This document shows, piece by piece, positions 22,868 to 35,440 of a stretch of DNA of 64,000 nt (position 1 is the first letter of the stretch; every line of letters starts with the position of its first letter). The translations under genes were made by a program, and so were the position numbers. Source of the stretch: Anthoceros angustus (lineage: Eukaryota > Plantae > Anthocerotophyta). The stretch spans positions 496,001 to 560,000 of the forward strand of contig MU008192.1 of the NCBI GenBank assembly GCA_010909165.1, in the 5' to 3' direction. A model generated the notes under the pieces. That model ran no database searches. It was given only the letters and a program-made list of their open reading frames with translations, and was not told the DNA's origin.

Positions 22868-25800
22868 ATGTCTTTGTTTGATTCTGATAGTGACACAGAC
22901 TTGGAGTCCCTTGCCTGGCTGTATTCCAGACCACCTCTACCTGTTACTCCTGTAGTCATATCCGTTCCGGTATCTGCCCCCACCAACATGTCACCAACTA
23001 ATCATGCCCCCCCAACTACCTCCGTAGGATCATCCTACTCTGGTGAGTTTAAGGAAAAGGACATATTTGATGGGAAAGCTACTAGATTCGAAAGTTGGAA
23101 GGCACGCATGAAGGCTAATCTCAACGCTCGCGACGTGTGGGAATACGCCAATGGTTCCCTCCCGGACCCTTCCAAAGTACCTCTTGGTGGAACACAACCC
23201 ACGCAAGATGAGGTTGACAAATGGAGGAAGGGCAACAAGATTGCTTTTGCGATCTTGCTGTCAGGACTTGATGAAACCACCGTTACAAGGTGGAGTTTCA
23301 CGACACACCAGCAGCAGCATGGAAACAACTCACGGATACATACCAAGTACAAAATATTCTAACCTTGGTGGCTGTTCGAAATGAGTTCCATGGATTGCGT
23401 TGAAGGATGGAGATTCTGTTGGAGCACATGTCACTAAGTTGCGCTATCTTCGAGCGCAGCTTGCATCCCTCAACAGTACAATCTCGGAGATGGACATGAC
23501 TGCTCAGCTCATTGCCAGCCTCCTTGCCTCCTATCAAACATTTGTATCGAGCCAGAATGCTTCTCTCAGGGACTCATATGTTGTTGTGGCTGCTGGAAAA
23601 CCTGCTACCATCAACTTCAACAAAGTTGTTGGTTTAAGAAGGACAAGACCAGTGATGGCTAAACAAGAACAACCGCTGGATCCACTAAGCGCGGCAATAC
23701 ATGGTGTGCTATTTCGGGTCACTAGGAAAGAGACTACTGGAAGAAAAGGCAGGGAGAGCCTAAGCGGGACTCCAAACCTGAAGCATATGTGACATCTAAA
23801 GCCAATAAATCAGCTGGACATAATCATTCACACAAGAGCAGCAGCTCAGTGTTAACCGTTTGCCTTACCTCTTATCGAGAAACCTCTAACCATTGGTTTA
23901 TCAACTCTGGAGCTACTGCATATGTGTGTAATAATCGTCAAATGTTTTCAGCTTACTGCAAGCAATCAATGCCACAATTAGTTTTTGTTGGAGACTCACG
24001 TGGCGTTGAATTAAAAGGTGTAGGTGCTGTTGACATACCTTTGTTAGATGGCACCACACTGCACCTTGACGATGTTCTTTATGTTCCAGCAATGAGCAAA
24101 AATCTCCTGTCCACTAGAGCTGTTACTCAGAGCAAGCAGTTTGGTTTTCGCTTTGAGGACAGAAAATGCTACGTGTATCACCTCACACAACCTGATAAGC
24201 ACATTGCAAAGGCCATCCTAGTTAACGATCTGTATCAACTCGTGACAGTTTCAAAGTCTAAAGCTAGAGCCTTGTTTGCAGCATTCAACTTATAGGCTAA
24301 CCTGTGGCATGCTAGACTTGGTTATGTCAATAGGTCCAAGCTAGATCTTATGTCAAAATCCAGTTTTTATCGAGAGAAGTTGCCAAGTTGTTTTAAGCAT
24401 CTCTCTGCTTGTGCTCCTTGCATTCTGTCAAAACAAAAAGAGCTTCCCTTTAGGAACAAGGAACCTCAGAGGGCTAAAGCAATTCTGGAAATGGTTCATA
24501 CTGACATAGCAGGAAAGTTACCTGTCAAGAGCTTGGGTGGTGCAGAATACTCCTTGTCGTTGACAGATGATTTTTCAAGATACACCTGGACATATCCACT
24601 CAAACTGAAGAGTGATGTGAAGCTCGCGAGGCGCCCTAGGGCAGGCTACATGGATCAAGATGGTTCAACAACAGACTGGAAAATTGATAAAATGCTTTCG
24701 GACAGACAACGGAGGGGAGTTCACAAGTCACAAGTTTGATGACCTGTTTGAGCAGCACGGCATAGTTTGACAGCTCTCTGTACATATACACAACAACAGA
24801 ACGGGGTTGCCGAAAGGAAGAACCAGATCCTAATGGGGATGACTCGCAACATGCTTTCATGGGCCTCCCTACCCAAGTCTTACTGGGCAGAGGCTGTAGT
24901 GGCTGCCATGTATATTCACAACCATGTATATTCTGGTCACATCTGCTGTTGCTAACAAAACTCCCTATGAAGCTTTTTGGGGTAGAAAACCCAGCTTGTC
25001 TCATCTACGTGTTTTTGGGTCTCCATCTTATGCCTACATACATGAAGCCAAACGTGGTAAATTAGACAATAGGGCTAAGAAACTTGTCTTTGTGGGATAC
25101 TCTGAAGAGTCGAAAGCCTACAAGTTGCTAGACCCACATACCTCTAAAATCACACTTGCACGCAGTGTTACATTTGACGAGCTTTGTAGTCCACAGACGT
25201 CCCTGTTGCCCAATCCTTTACTTCATCCAGACCATACAATTTCATCAGAACTTGTTGTTGACCCTCATGATTATCCACAGTTAGATGGTGAAGCACCTAC
25301 CTTCACAGATCATGCTGATGCAGATAGTCTGTTAGGATTGCAGCCTCCTGTTGGTGATGCACTTCAGAATCTCCCTCCAGACATTGCTGATCATGAGGGG
25401 GATGTCCCACTAGTCCAGGATAGGGTTGTTGCTGACCCTGCAGAGGAGGAATTTGGTGATAATTTAGGGTTCTCCTCTGATCATGATGACGAGCCTGCTG
25501 CAGTTTATATTCATGATGACACTCAGCGGTGACTACCCGAGCCTCTGCTCGGCCGATTCTGACACATCCTCCAAGGTATCCTACACGTGAGAGGAGGGAA
25601 GAGAAAACTGGTCAGAAGCCCCATATCAGTCTATTGATTTCAGGAATCCAATTGCTCATGTTTTAGATTTACATGTTCCAGATGTTAGACCAGATCCCTA
25701 GACTTACAATGAAGCTCTGAATGGGCCCAATGGTGACCATTGACGGGCTTCTATTGACGATGAGTACAATAGTCTCGTTAAAAATAACACATGGGAACTC

Positions 25801-26750
25801 GCTGATCTTCCACCTGGCAGGAAACCAATCACTTGTAAATGGGTTTTCAAAACAAAGCGAAAAGTGGATGGCACAATTGCACGATACAAGAGTCAGTTAG
25901 TGGCCAAAGGGTTTTCTCAGATACCTGGAATTGACTATGGGGATACATTTTCCCCTGTGGTGAAACCTCCCTTTGTCCGTATTCTCCTTGCACTTGCAAT
26001 AGAACTTGATTTGGAACTCCATCAAATGGATGTCTGCACGGCATTCCTTCATAGTGAGTTGGAGGAGGTTCTTTACATGCTGCAACCTGAGGGTTTTGTT
26101 AGTACGAAGTGGTTGAAAAAGGTCTGTAAGCTACTAAAGACAATATATGGCCTTAAGCAAAGCCCTCGAGCCTGGTTTAAGCGGATTATGAAGTTTCTTC
26201 GCCAAGCTGGCCTTGTACAATCACCAGCTGACTCAAATGTGTTTTACTTAGCTGAGGATGGATTGTTTGTGGTGCTGGCCCTTTATGTTGATGACGCAAT
26301 ACTACTAAATAACAGCACCACCCAGTTGGACAAGGTAAAGGCCCTGCTGCGCAGTGAATTCGAGATTACCGACCAAGGCCCACTTTAATTCTGTCTTGGT
26401 ACACAAATTCTCAGGGACAGGCTACAAGGCACGGTTATCCTTCACCAAACGAAGTACCTCAAAGAGATCCCTAAGAGGTTTAACTGACATGATGCCAGGC
26501 CAGTTACTACCCCGTGTGTTGTTGGGTAAAAACTTACTCCTGACCAGTCACCATCCACAACGGAGGAGGTAGACCATATGCACAATGTTCCATATCTTTT
26601 GAAGCATTGCGTGCACTTCTTCTTGGTTGGACACGCTTGGGCAGCTGATTGGTGTGTTGCAGTTTTGAAAACCTGTGCCAGCCCACTGGCTGCTATCAAG
26701 CGTATTTACCGCTATCTTAAGGGCACCGGCAGCTATGGCCTACTTTTGGC
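22868..26750 (+). pseudogene. Copia gag-pol with stops and frameshifts
   Basis: gag FDGKATRFESWKARM..; MKDGDSVGAHV; protease WFINSGATAY (catalytic D changed to N); LWHARLG; integrase CAPCILSKQ, VHTDIAG, QQNGVAERKNQ; RT YKSQLVAKGFSQIPGIDY, HQMDVCTAFL, LYVDDAI. Confidence 0.93.
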
Positions 26751-27859
26751 CAGCATAGTTTGTGTTGTATATTTTGGCCAACATAGTGATAGATAATTGG
26801 TTCGGTTTCAAATCCCCTTATTCTAATAATTCCTAATCTTGGACTCAAAATCATGGAAATTATTTTCAAATTTCAACAGTTTTCTAAGCATGCTGTTTGA
26901 AATTACCCATGCCCTAATATTCATGATTGCAAATTGTACTGGAGTCGGAACGGTGAAGAGAGACATGACAAGGCCAAGTTTCTTCCCTCTTCTCGAGCGC
27001 ACTGCATGCCATGACTATCTGTCTATGGAGGTCATAGCAATTGAACACGTATTTTGTGTGGTGGACACCATCTTTGTGAGCGACCAAGGCTGCATCGTCA
27101 TCGGAAGTGTCAAACGTGGTGTGTTCTTTCTCATTCTCTTGCATGAGCAAGCGACACATGGCCTAATGTATGTAAGTCATAATGTGCATGGGTGCACGAC
27201 AAATGGTTATAAGCCCTAGTGTTAATGCGGACGCATGCACACCGGCGCTCACAGAAAACTTATCTAAGGACGCCAGCATGTCGGCGCCCTATGGAGGGAG
27301 CATAAGAGCATAGGGTGCTAGCATATTTGTGCCTTCATTAGTATAACCCTAATCTTAGGGTGAGAGTTTAGGCTCTCATTTTGTTTCGACGGTGCAGTTA
27401 GCGCACTTACGTGGTCGAGGGTTCCACATACGTATGTTGAACTTTGTGTTGTGTAAAAGGGCGCCGCATGCCCCTCCGACTTCTAAATCCTTTGACGAGT
27501 AACGCCTTCAGGGCCGATTTTTGATCCGTCCATGACACCCTATTGTAAACATGTCGGAGGGGTTCGGTATGGGCACTGGTAAGCCGGTGCCAACCACCAT
27601 ACCTAGACAAGTATTGCTCTTACAAATGGATTGAAATTGCAATCCGAAGGAATACCACCAACCCCAAATAATCAAAAAATGCTTAAATATGCAATATAGT
27701 TATTGTCAAGATTTGCGCAAGAGGGTTTTTGATTTCCGTAAGCGGGTTCGTATATTCAGCTGCTTCAAATATTATGGTGTTATAAATTGGATGTTACATC
27801 CACTAACAATCAGTCTCAAGATACTGTTATGGCCATGGCCCAAAATCAATCGGCCAAGT

Positions 27860-28175
27860 CAAAGGAGACACTGAAATGACACTTTCGTCTTGGCCACCCG
27901 AGCAGTGATCCACTACGACAGGTTGCAACTGCTAATCTATAACTTGATGGGATTGAGAAATTACCAGAACCTCCCTTCTGCAAGACATGTGTCTTAGCCA
28001 ACAAGTGTCAAGACGTGTTTCCTAATCATCAGCCATACCAAAATAATGCACTACTCAAACTTGTTCACTTGGATCTGTGTGGCCCTATGGCCACATCCTC
28101 ATACGGGGGTGCAAGATACTTTCTAACGTTCACAGATGATTTTCCAGAATGTGTTTCACTTACCCATTGACGCTC
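27860..28175 (+). pseudogene. Second copia GAG-pre-integrase/integrase fragment
   Basis: HFRLGHPS..PFCKTCVLANK..LVHLDLCGPMATSSYGGARYFLTFTDDF; cut off at the left TIR of the next element. Confidence 0.85.
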
Positions 28176-28182
28176 AACATGC

Positions 28183-28208
28183 TAATCTTGGAAGGGGGTT
28201 AATATACA
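28183..28208 (+). repeat. Left terminal inverted repeat TAATCTTGGAAGGGGGTTAATATACA
   Basis: Exact reverse complement of 40915-40940, checked base by base. Confidence 0.9.
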
Positions 28209-29349
28209 GTAAGGGGGTTTTCATCCAAATATCGTCGGAAGGGGGTTTGGGATGGGTCGCATTCTCGCCTGCTTTGGGCAACATCGCTCCAAAAGGCCTG
28301 AAAATAAGTTGATAAGGGATGAAATTAACGTCCGAGTAAAGGTTCCATCACACAAAGGGTTAGCGAGTTCGCCATCGAATTTGGCATAATACGACCCATG
28401 CTTGCTTACCATAAGTACCCTAAGGACTAAAAGGAACGGGTTGATGAGGCATACCTAAATAAACAAGGTCTTTTGAAGACATTGCGCAATCTTCATACCA
28501 TCATTGGTAAAGAATGGTGCTTCTTTCCGAACCGTCTGTAACCCATAGTCTTGTTTTTGGCAAGAAGCCGCTTTGCGCCGGTGGGCACCAACTATCGGGT
28601 TTCCAATGATGGGATTTAGGCATGCGACGGATGGGTTATATACAACCGACGAACAAAATGTACAATACGCAGATCGCGGAAAACGGTTTCCACGCTAGAG
28701 GATGGTGAATGGTGGCGCGGCCGCCCACCGGCCGCACATTATGTCGCCGACATCGCAACCTACGGGAAGTGACTCTACTTCAACTTCCAACACCGAATGA
28801 TAGCACCAATGTGTCATTCCCTATCACTAACGCGAGCTCCCCACTTTGAGCCTAACACTTGGCGGTCAAGACACTGACCGAGAGTAAACCCTCTTGTCTA
28901 CCGATGTCCACCAGCTTTGCCTCCACTTCATACATCTTTTCACTCATCTCCGAATTGACACCTTCCATGTCCAAGGGCCCGATGTCCTCACCGCCTCACT
29001 ATCTCGGTGCACTTTGGCTGCTCGATGAAGCCCCGCAATTCATTCAACTTATCCCCGATCGCTTTTTGTCAATGGAATAGAGATGTTTGAAATTCAAACC
29101 GAACCCATAATACAAGATGATGCTTTTATTGATGAAGACTTCTTGAACATTCTTCGGAAATTTGCCTTCCCACCCTTTTTCCTTCCAATCCCACCCCTCG
29201 TGGATGGGTCCGAATCACATATTCTTCCACGACCGCCTTCATATGCATCTGTGCTCTCACTTGAACTGAGAAATGAGGCTCTTCCACATCCAACCTCACC
29301 GATTAACTTTCCCAATCCGTAAAGGCCGATTATGCGTCAGGTACAAGGT

Positions 29350-30520
29350 ACGCGATGAACATCCTTCCTTTATGTCTTTTACATCTCCATGCAACGCGTT
29401 TCCTCACGCCTTCCCAACCGCTTGGTAAGGCCCCAAGTACATATCCTGGGGAGTTCTCTTAGCAACGCCTCTAGGATAGCTTCATCGGGAACTTGGAGTG
29501 GTTCTGCTTCTTCCGATTCCGCCCGAGAGAACCATTTCCACTCTTCTAGTGCGAGCCCAATATTGTTCTCCACTTATTGCGATTTCTTCTTGGTCCACCA
29601 ATGCTTCCCACCATCCATATTTGTCCCACCACATATGGCCGCAGCCCGGCTGCACTCCGCCTCAAATGTGCTCCTTCCGTTGAGATAACCCCGCCGACGT
29701 CCCTTTCTTGTCTCGAGCCCGGAGGGCCGACACCGTGCACGTTATGTCGTTGAGGGACAAATTTCAAAACTCCAACCCGGCCGTTTCCCAATACATCGAT
29801 GTCGAATATTGCTTGCTCCTAATTATCACCCACATTCGTTTGTCTTCTCCGTGATTTTAAACCCGGAAAGATAAGTTGTTCAATTTTCTCACCGATGAAT
29901 ATGCTCGGCGACCATCGCTTGTCTAATCGGGTTATACATATGACCAAGTCCGGACCTTGCAAAACTTTGATCTCCTGTAGGCGTGTATGCATGAACCAGT
30001 ATGCCAACGCGGGAAGAGTGTGTGCCTCCTTGTGCTTCAAGCTTTTGGAAAAGCAAGAGAACATCTGGTCGATTTGGTCGTGAGTGTGCCCAACAAGGAG
30101 GAACCCAACCTTCACCTTCTGAAAAGTTCCCATATCAACTAGCATGTTCAAATACGCAAACAACAGCTGGTTCTTGTTTTCCCGGCAAGTGTTGTCAAGC
30201 TGCAAATAGAGCACTTTGGGTAGCACTCCTTTATAATTAAGAACAACATCTTGTATAATCCTGATTGTCAGATTCGCATCGTTCCTCAAATTGGCATAGT
30301 GCAAAAACACTCTTGCTGCTGACGATAATTGTGGATCATGCAACCCACTACGCACAGACATACACGGCCCCTCATCAAGATTCTTTGGCCAACGCAGAAA
30401 GTGTGGAATCTCGCCTCTTCCGGGTCCATTCCGCCTATAGCGAGGAGCATGTACTTATCCGGTTCCTCAGAACTCTTTTCACTTGTTTTGCCATTTTCCC
30501 AGCCTCCTTGTAGACGATCC
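29350..30520 (-). pseudogene. Sola-like DDE transposase, catalytic half
   Basis: DKYMLLAIGGMD (30435-30424; the family usually has DGMDQ), LYLQLDNTCRENKNQ (DN at 30196-30191), FLLVGHTHDQIDQMFS (30091-30068). Frameshifted. Confidence 0.8.
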
Positions 30521-30759
30521 GACTTGGAAACCACGGGCCCGGAAGTGTTTTTTTGTTTTTTTTTGGGATCCGTGGTGAAAATAAGTCGGTTGGTAGTAGG
30601 CAGAGGTATTTATAGAAGAAATGCCCTTGGCCTATGGATTCTTTCCTTTCTTGTTTTGATTTTTAAGTTAGAAAATAAATGGTCCGGGAATTTGGTGTTC
30701 CTTGGCCCATGGACTCGGAATGTTCCCTAAAAAGTCTATATATGTGAGATAGGGGGTTG

Positions 30760-33700
30760 GAATAATTAGAGTGATAGGTCTATAAGTTGGGGTCGACCGA
30801 ATGAAATGAATGAGGGTTGTGGATTGGGATGTAAAGAGATTTAACAGAGTAGGGGAACCCGGGAAACTTAACCCTAGGAATGATGTAATCCTGCTCAAAC
30901 AACGGAGCGCAACGGCGGCCGGACGGAGCGAGCGGAGCGCGACGACGGGCGCGACGAAGTCGAGGAGCCGTGGTCCGGGGCACCGCGATCGCAGGAGGGC
31001 GCGAGGCGCAACGGCGGGGAGCTCAACCCCACGGACATCGCGAGGCGCGACGCAGAGGAGGAAGGCGCGACAGACAGCGCCTGCCGAGGAGGTAGGAACC
31101 CCGAGACCGAGAAATTCGCAGCGTGGCGTTGGTTTGTGGCGCGAGACCGTGAAGACTGAGAGGGATGGCGCCAAGGTCACCAGGAAATTGTGCTTGCCCA
31201 CATCATGGATCATTGGAAAGTTCGAAATGAGTCAGTGAAGGAGCCGGGTTTCATGGAAGAGCGGTGGAATTACATGAACTGGACTGTGCAGGAGTGTGCG
31301 CCACACCAAGGACAAACAACAAAGGGGATTTAGAGCGAAGCCGCAGGATTGGGACCCGGAGTCGTTAGGGGGCGGGCGCAGAAGGAGGAGGGCGGTTTGG
31401 TGATGGAGCCGCCCAGAAAGAAGCACGGCAAAGAAAAGCCCGCCCGTTAAAGCGGGCCAACAACCCAACGGGTTGAGGAGGGATTTGGCAATGCAGCTTG
31501 ATGGGTCCGCCAGTGGCTCCTATGTTTCGCAGACAAGAAGCTGATTATTTGTCCGACCACTTGCCGCTCATGAAGTGGTCAAGGGGCGGCAAGATCGAAG
31601 CGAATTCTCGACAAGTTGTGTGAAGAGAGGTTGAACTTGATTTCTCCGCCTCGCCTCTAATCTCACCATTTCGTCCATCTTTATGTTTACGCTAACTGCC
31701 CCGCTGAGGTGGAGATTGTAGCCTCCTCCACATGTGGAAGCTAGGGAGGTGAAATGGAAGGCGGAGGAGCCCAAGGAGGAAAAATCGATAGCCGAGCCTG
31801 GGCGCAGTGCGCTGGAGGAGGAGAAGGAAATTCCCACCAAAGAAAAGGAGGAAGACCGGGGTGAAAGGCGGCACCAAAAGGTGAAGGCGGACGCCACTGT
31901 GTCGAAAACGGCGCCACTACGAAAATGAAAGCCAAACGGCAGCTTGGAGGTGGTAAGAGGAGGCGCGATCCGAGGACAATTTTGCGACCGGATGCGATGA
32001 TGAATCAACTCCGAGGGTTTAGGGTCGACCTCAGGCGGACCCTCCTCAAAGATGGGAAGAGATTTTCAAGGGGACTCCACCGCAACAGAGGTGGATGCAA
32101 CCGAATTGGTGAGGTGCGACCTGGGGGAGGAAAGTTCTCGATGAGGGATGGCGGGCCGCCACAACAAGTGGACTGCAGAGCCGACCACGCCGATGATCCG
32201 CCCAAGGCATTTGTTGGATCAAGCTTTAGCCTCACCGCTCAAGTGGGGCGACGGAGGAAGTGGTGAAGGCCAGTTTGACGAAGAGGAGGCCAAGCGCAAG
32301 CAATTGGAGGAAGACAAGCGGAACCTAGAGGAAATAAGGGCCAAGATTCAAGAAGATTTGTGCAGGCCTGTGAGAAGTTGCAAGCCATGACGAGCCCAGG
32401 AAGCACTCATGGCTCAAATTAAGGATGCCCACGAGACGAACCAGAGATGGTGGGGAGTTGTTGCAGGGGAGCGAGGCGGCCTCGTGGAAAAGGCCCATAA
32501 GGAGCGATATAAGCGGAGCGGATGAGGCACGTGGTAAAAGACAAAGGGAAGGGGAAGCAGGACCACGATCGAGTAGCGGAAGGACCTACCGAAGGAAGGC
32601 AAAGAACCGAGGTAGCCGAAACCTCACCTACAAGGTTGTCGAACGAACGACGTGGAGTCCACTCATGTAGTCGAAACCGCCACCGACATTGGCGCAACCA
32701 ACCCAAGGTGCGGGCGGCGGTGCGACGTGGCGCGAGGACATAGGCCAGGCAGTGTAGCCTCGGAGGAGGGGTAAGCACCTCACCGCAGAGGGTCCTATTA
32801 TATTACGGCACATGGATGAGGAAACTTATGTGCCCGGTCTATATGTGAATGGAGAACGTGCTTAACCTCACCGCCCATGTGCGTGTGGAAATAGGAGGGA
32901 CTGTGGCCTACCTACCGCAAGTGAGGACCAAGTGCATACTTCTACCAGCGCCGGTGTGGGGTTCCCCTATTATGGAGGCGACTTTGGAGGAGTTGAGCGA
33001 GGAGGAGGTCCAGCTTGGGTGGACGAGGAACCAAATAATCCTCAAATAAAGGCGGCCAAGATGCGAAGCCCAGGGTGGTACACCTCAAATTCCGCCCAGC
33101 AGGATGTGAGGTGGAAGTAGTGTGGGAGAACCCGTCCACCGGCGCAAGGTGAGAGCTCGTGCAATGGAGGATGGAGACGGCCAAGTCGGTAGGGCGCGCA
33201 GAGCGAGGGCCGAGGTGGTAGCAACCTAAAGATAATTTGGTTAGGTGTCGACCGACCTAGGATCGCCCGACCAGTGGGCGCCTTCGTGATAGCCATCTTA
33301 GGACCTAAAATCCGGGGCATGGTGCCCCACCGATGTATAAGAGGGGCAATTAGGTCCCTCACGATAACTCGTTGAGATCCCCACGCCTGTGGTTGGAGAC
33401 GTCCGATTGATGAGAGGTGGTGTGGCGAGACGCCCTAGGGGTGGTCGAGCTTGCTCCGCACTGGGAGGAGGGGTGATAAAGCAATCTTGGCCGACAAAGG
33501 AGGAGGAAACCAAGGGATTGGCGCGGGTCCGGAGCTTGCTCGTAACGCCGGTGACGCCCGGGGTTCTTCTTTCCTTCACACTTGTCCTCTAGTTGTGTTC
33601 AAATTGAGAGAGAAGTGTTGAGTGGATGGTTGGAAGCTCGGGCAATTGAGGGAGAGAGAGAGAGAGGGAGAAGATTGGGTGAAGGAGTGACTAAACAATC

Positions 33701-34209
33701 AGACGCTGGCGAGGTGTGAGAGGAGTTGAGAAGGGAACTAATTGAGAGACTAGGGAGATTTGTGAATCCAAAAGAAACCAAACCGGTGTGGAAGTGGTGC
33801 AAGGGGAACACCCTTGTAAAATTGTGTGAGTGTGGCGCCTTTGTGTGTGTGTGTGTGGAGCTGAGGATTTGTGGAATTTAGGTCCCTAGGAATCTGTGTG
33901 TGTGCATGAAGTGTGGAGTGCGAATAAAGCCGATCCGGCACGGGTGACGCCTGGGGATCCGCGCCCGGCGAAATAAGTCGCTAGGGTTTGGTGGGACCCA
34001 CCTGGTCAAGCAACTACCTAGTGAGAGCCACCGCCGTGGAATAAGATTTGCGGTCGTGGAATAAGAGTGGTAGTGAGTCGGGGGTAGTAGTGGTTGAGTA
34101 GATAGGTAAGAGGAGTAATAGCAAGTAAGTCGACTTAGGTGAAGGTCAAGAGCGATAGAAGTTAAGGCCTCGGCACAAACCATTCCCTTGGGAGCGAATC
34201 CAAGCCTAC
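30760..34209 (+). mobile_element. Nested retroelement-like repeat, copy A (unknown ORFs, LTR-like 3' end ..CCTACA)
   Basis: 31085-33386 is homologous to 41280-43734; AATAAA at ~33923; CA end at 34209; lies between the two halves of the transposase. Left boundary uncertain (may start at the T-tract ~30545). Confidence 0.6.
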
Positions 34210-34749
34210 AACGATATTGAGGGTGAATGGGACTCACTGTCCCCGGACACACCACACTCCACACTCCTCTTACTGCACGCGCAGCTCCAACGTGGCTCCC
34301 TGGACATTTTTCTCGCCCACAAACCAAACACGCTCCAAGTTTCACATCCTTCCAAGTTTATCACGCTCCCAATTTCACACATACAAACACGCTTCTTCCA
34401 CACCACAAGCGAAGACAGAATCCATGAAACCCATTGCATACAACAAACCGATGTCGTGGACTATCACCTCTTCACACATACATTTACCATCTTCCCAATC
34501 TAAAATCTACAAAACGTCCACCTTCTAGGTCATATATTATGGTTGGCGAGTTTGAAGGTGGATGGGCCTGGGCGCCGGCAGCCGGCGGCCCCCGCCTACA
34601 ACGACCAATCAAACCTACAACCTGGGGCCATCCATGAACAAGGGACTGCGAGTTTCAAACATGGTACTGTGCAACTTCAATCTTCATCCGAGGCGCCGGG
34701 CGGCCCCACCCTCGACACTGTGTTTTCAACCATCCGCACCAGCTCATTC

Positions 34750-35440
34750 GCGAACTATGGGATGAACTCGAAAAACTCCTCCCACCAGCAGATGGGTTGT
34801 ACTAGTGGAGTGATATCTACCTTGATCAACCTTCCGAGTTGTATTCGAATGGTGGTCTTTAACCTCAAGACATATTGAGGTGTCGAGAACTGTTGGATTT
34901 GGGAATCTTCACCGGGTTAGATTTCCATAACTTCAAAACCACGCCAGACGTCACAAACCGCACGAGCTTTGACACCGCCGCTTGTACAATGACCATATCT
35001 CCGCCTTTGTATAGGTGTCGCGTTATACACCGCACGCTCGAAGTCTTTCACCATGAAGAAAAGCATTATCCATCCACGCTAGAGCACCAAGTGCATGACG
35101 GACTTATGAATTGGGTTGGTTCGAACACTATCCCACGGGCATTCCTCATGACCCTCCCTTTCGCCTCGTATCAGCCCCATACAATATACTCTCAAGGCCT
35201 TCACGTAAATAGCAGGAACCGATCCCATAACATGCGTAAAACTCTTTCTTTGTTAGTTTGACTCGGGTCCCAATGTACGAGGCTTTGAAGAAATGTCTTG
35301 CTCTTGCCTCGCATTGTGAGGAACCTATATCGTTGCTCAAGGCCTTGCTTGGTCAACCTCGCATGCACATTTGGTTGCAACACGGTTTAAGAAAGTCGTC
35401 ACCTTCTCCACATTTTTGCAAAGACACCCGCTGCCGCCGC
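34750..35440 (-). pseudogene. Sola-like transposase, N-terminal half
   Basis: Across frameshifts: KPCCNQMCMRG (CC at 35382-35377), KKEFYACYGIG, ALAWMDNAFLHGERL, YTKAEIWSLYK, LKLWKSNPVKIPK, SICLEVKD. This is the motif order expected upstream of the DGMDQ motif in this family. Confidence 0.6.

Larger units (their letters stand above)
21665..26760 (+). mobile_element. Ty1/copia LTR retrotransposon, 3'-truncated
   Basis: LTR end CA at 21751-21752 followed by a perfect PBS TGGTATCAGAGC (21753-21764); gag, protease, integrase and RT in copia order. Similarity ends after AIKRIYRYLKGT; no RNase H or 3' LTR seen. Confidence 0.92.

Noticed and set aside
27689-27874. IS630/Tc1-like N-terminus (YSYCQDLRKRVF)
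   Set aside because: Short resemblance only; no DDE region or TIRs found nearby.
33042-33362. Gypsy RNase H-like EFEVYHPG on the minus strand of repeat copy A
   Set aside because: Surrounding RNase H motifs are absent, and the conserved coding signal between copies A and B is on the plus strand.
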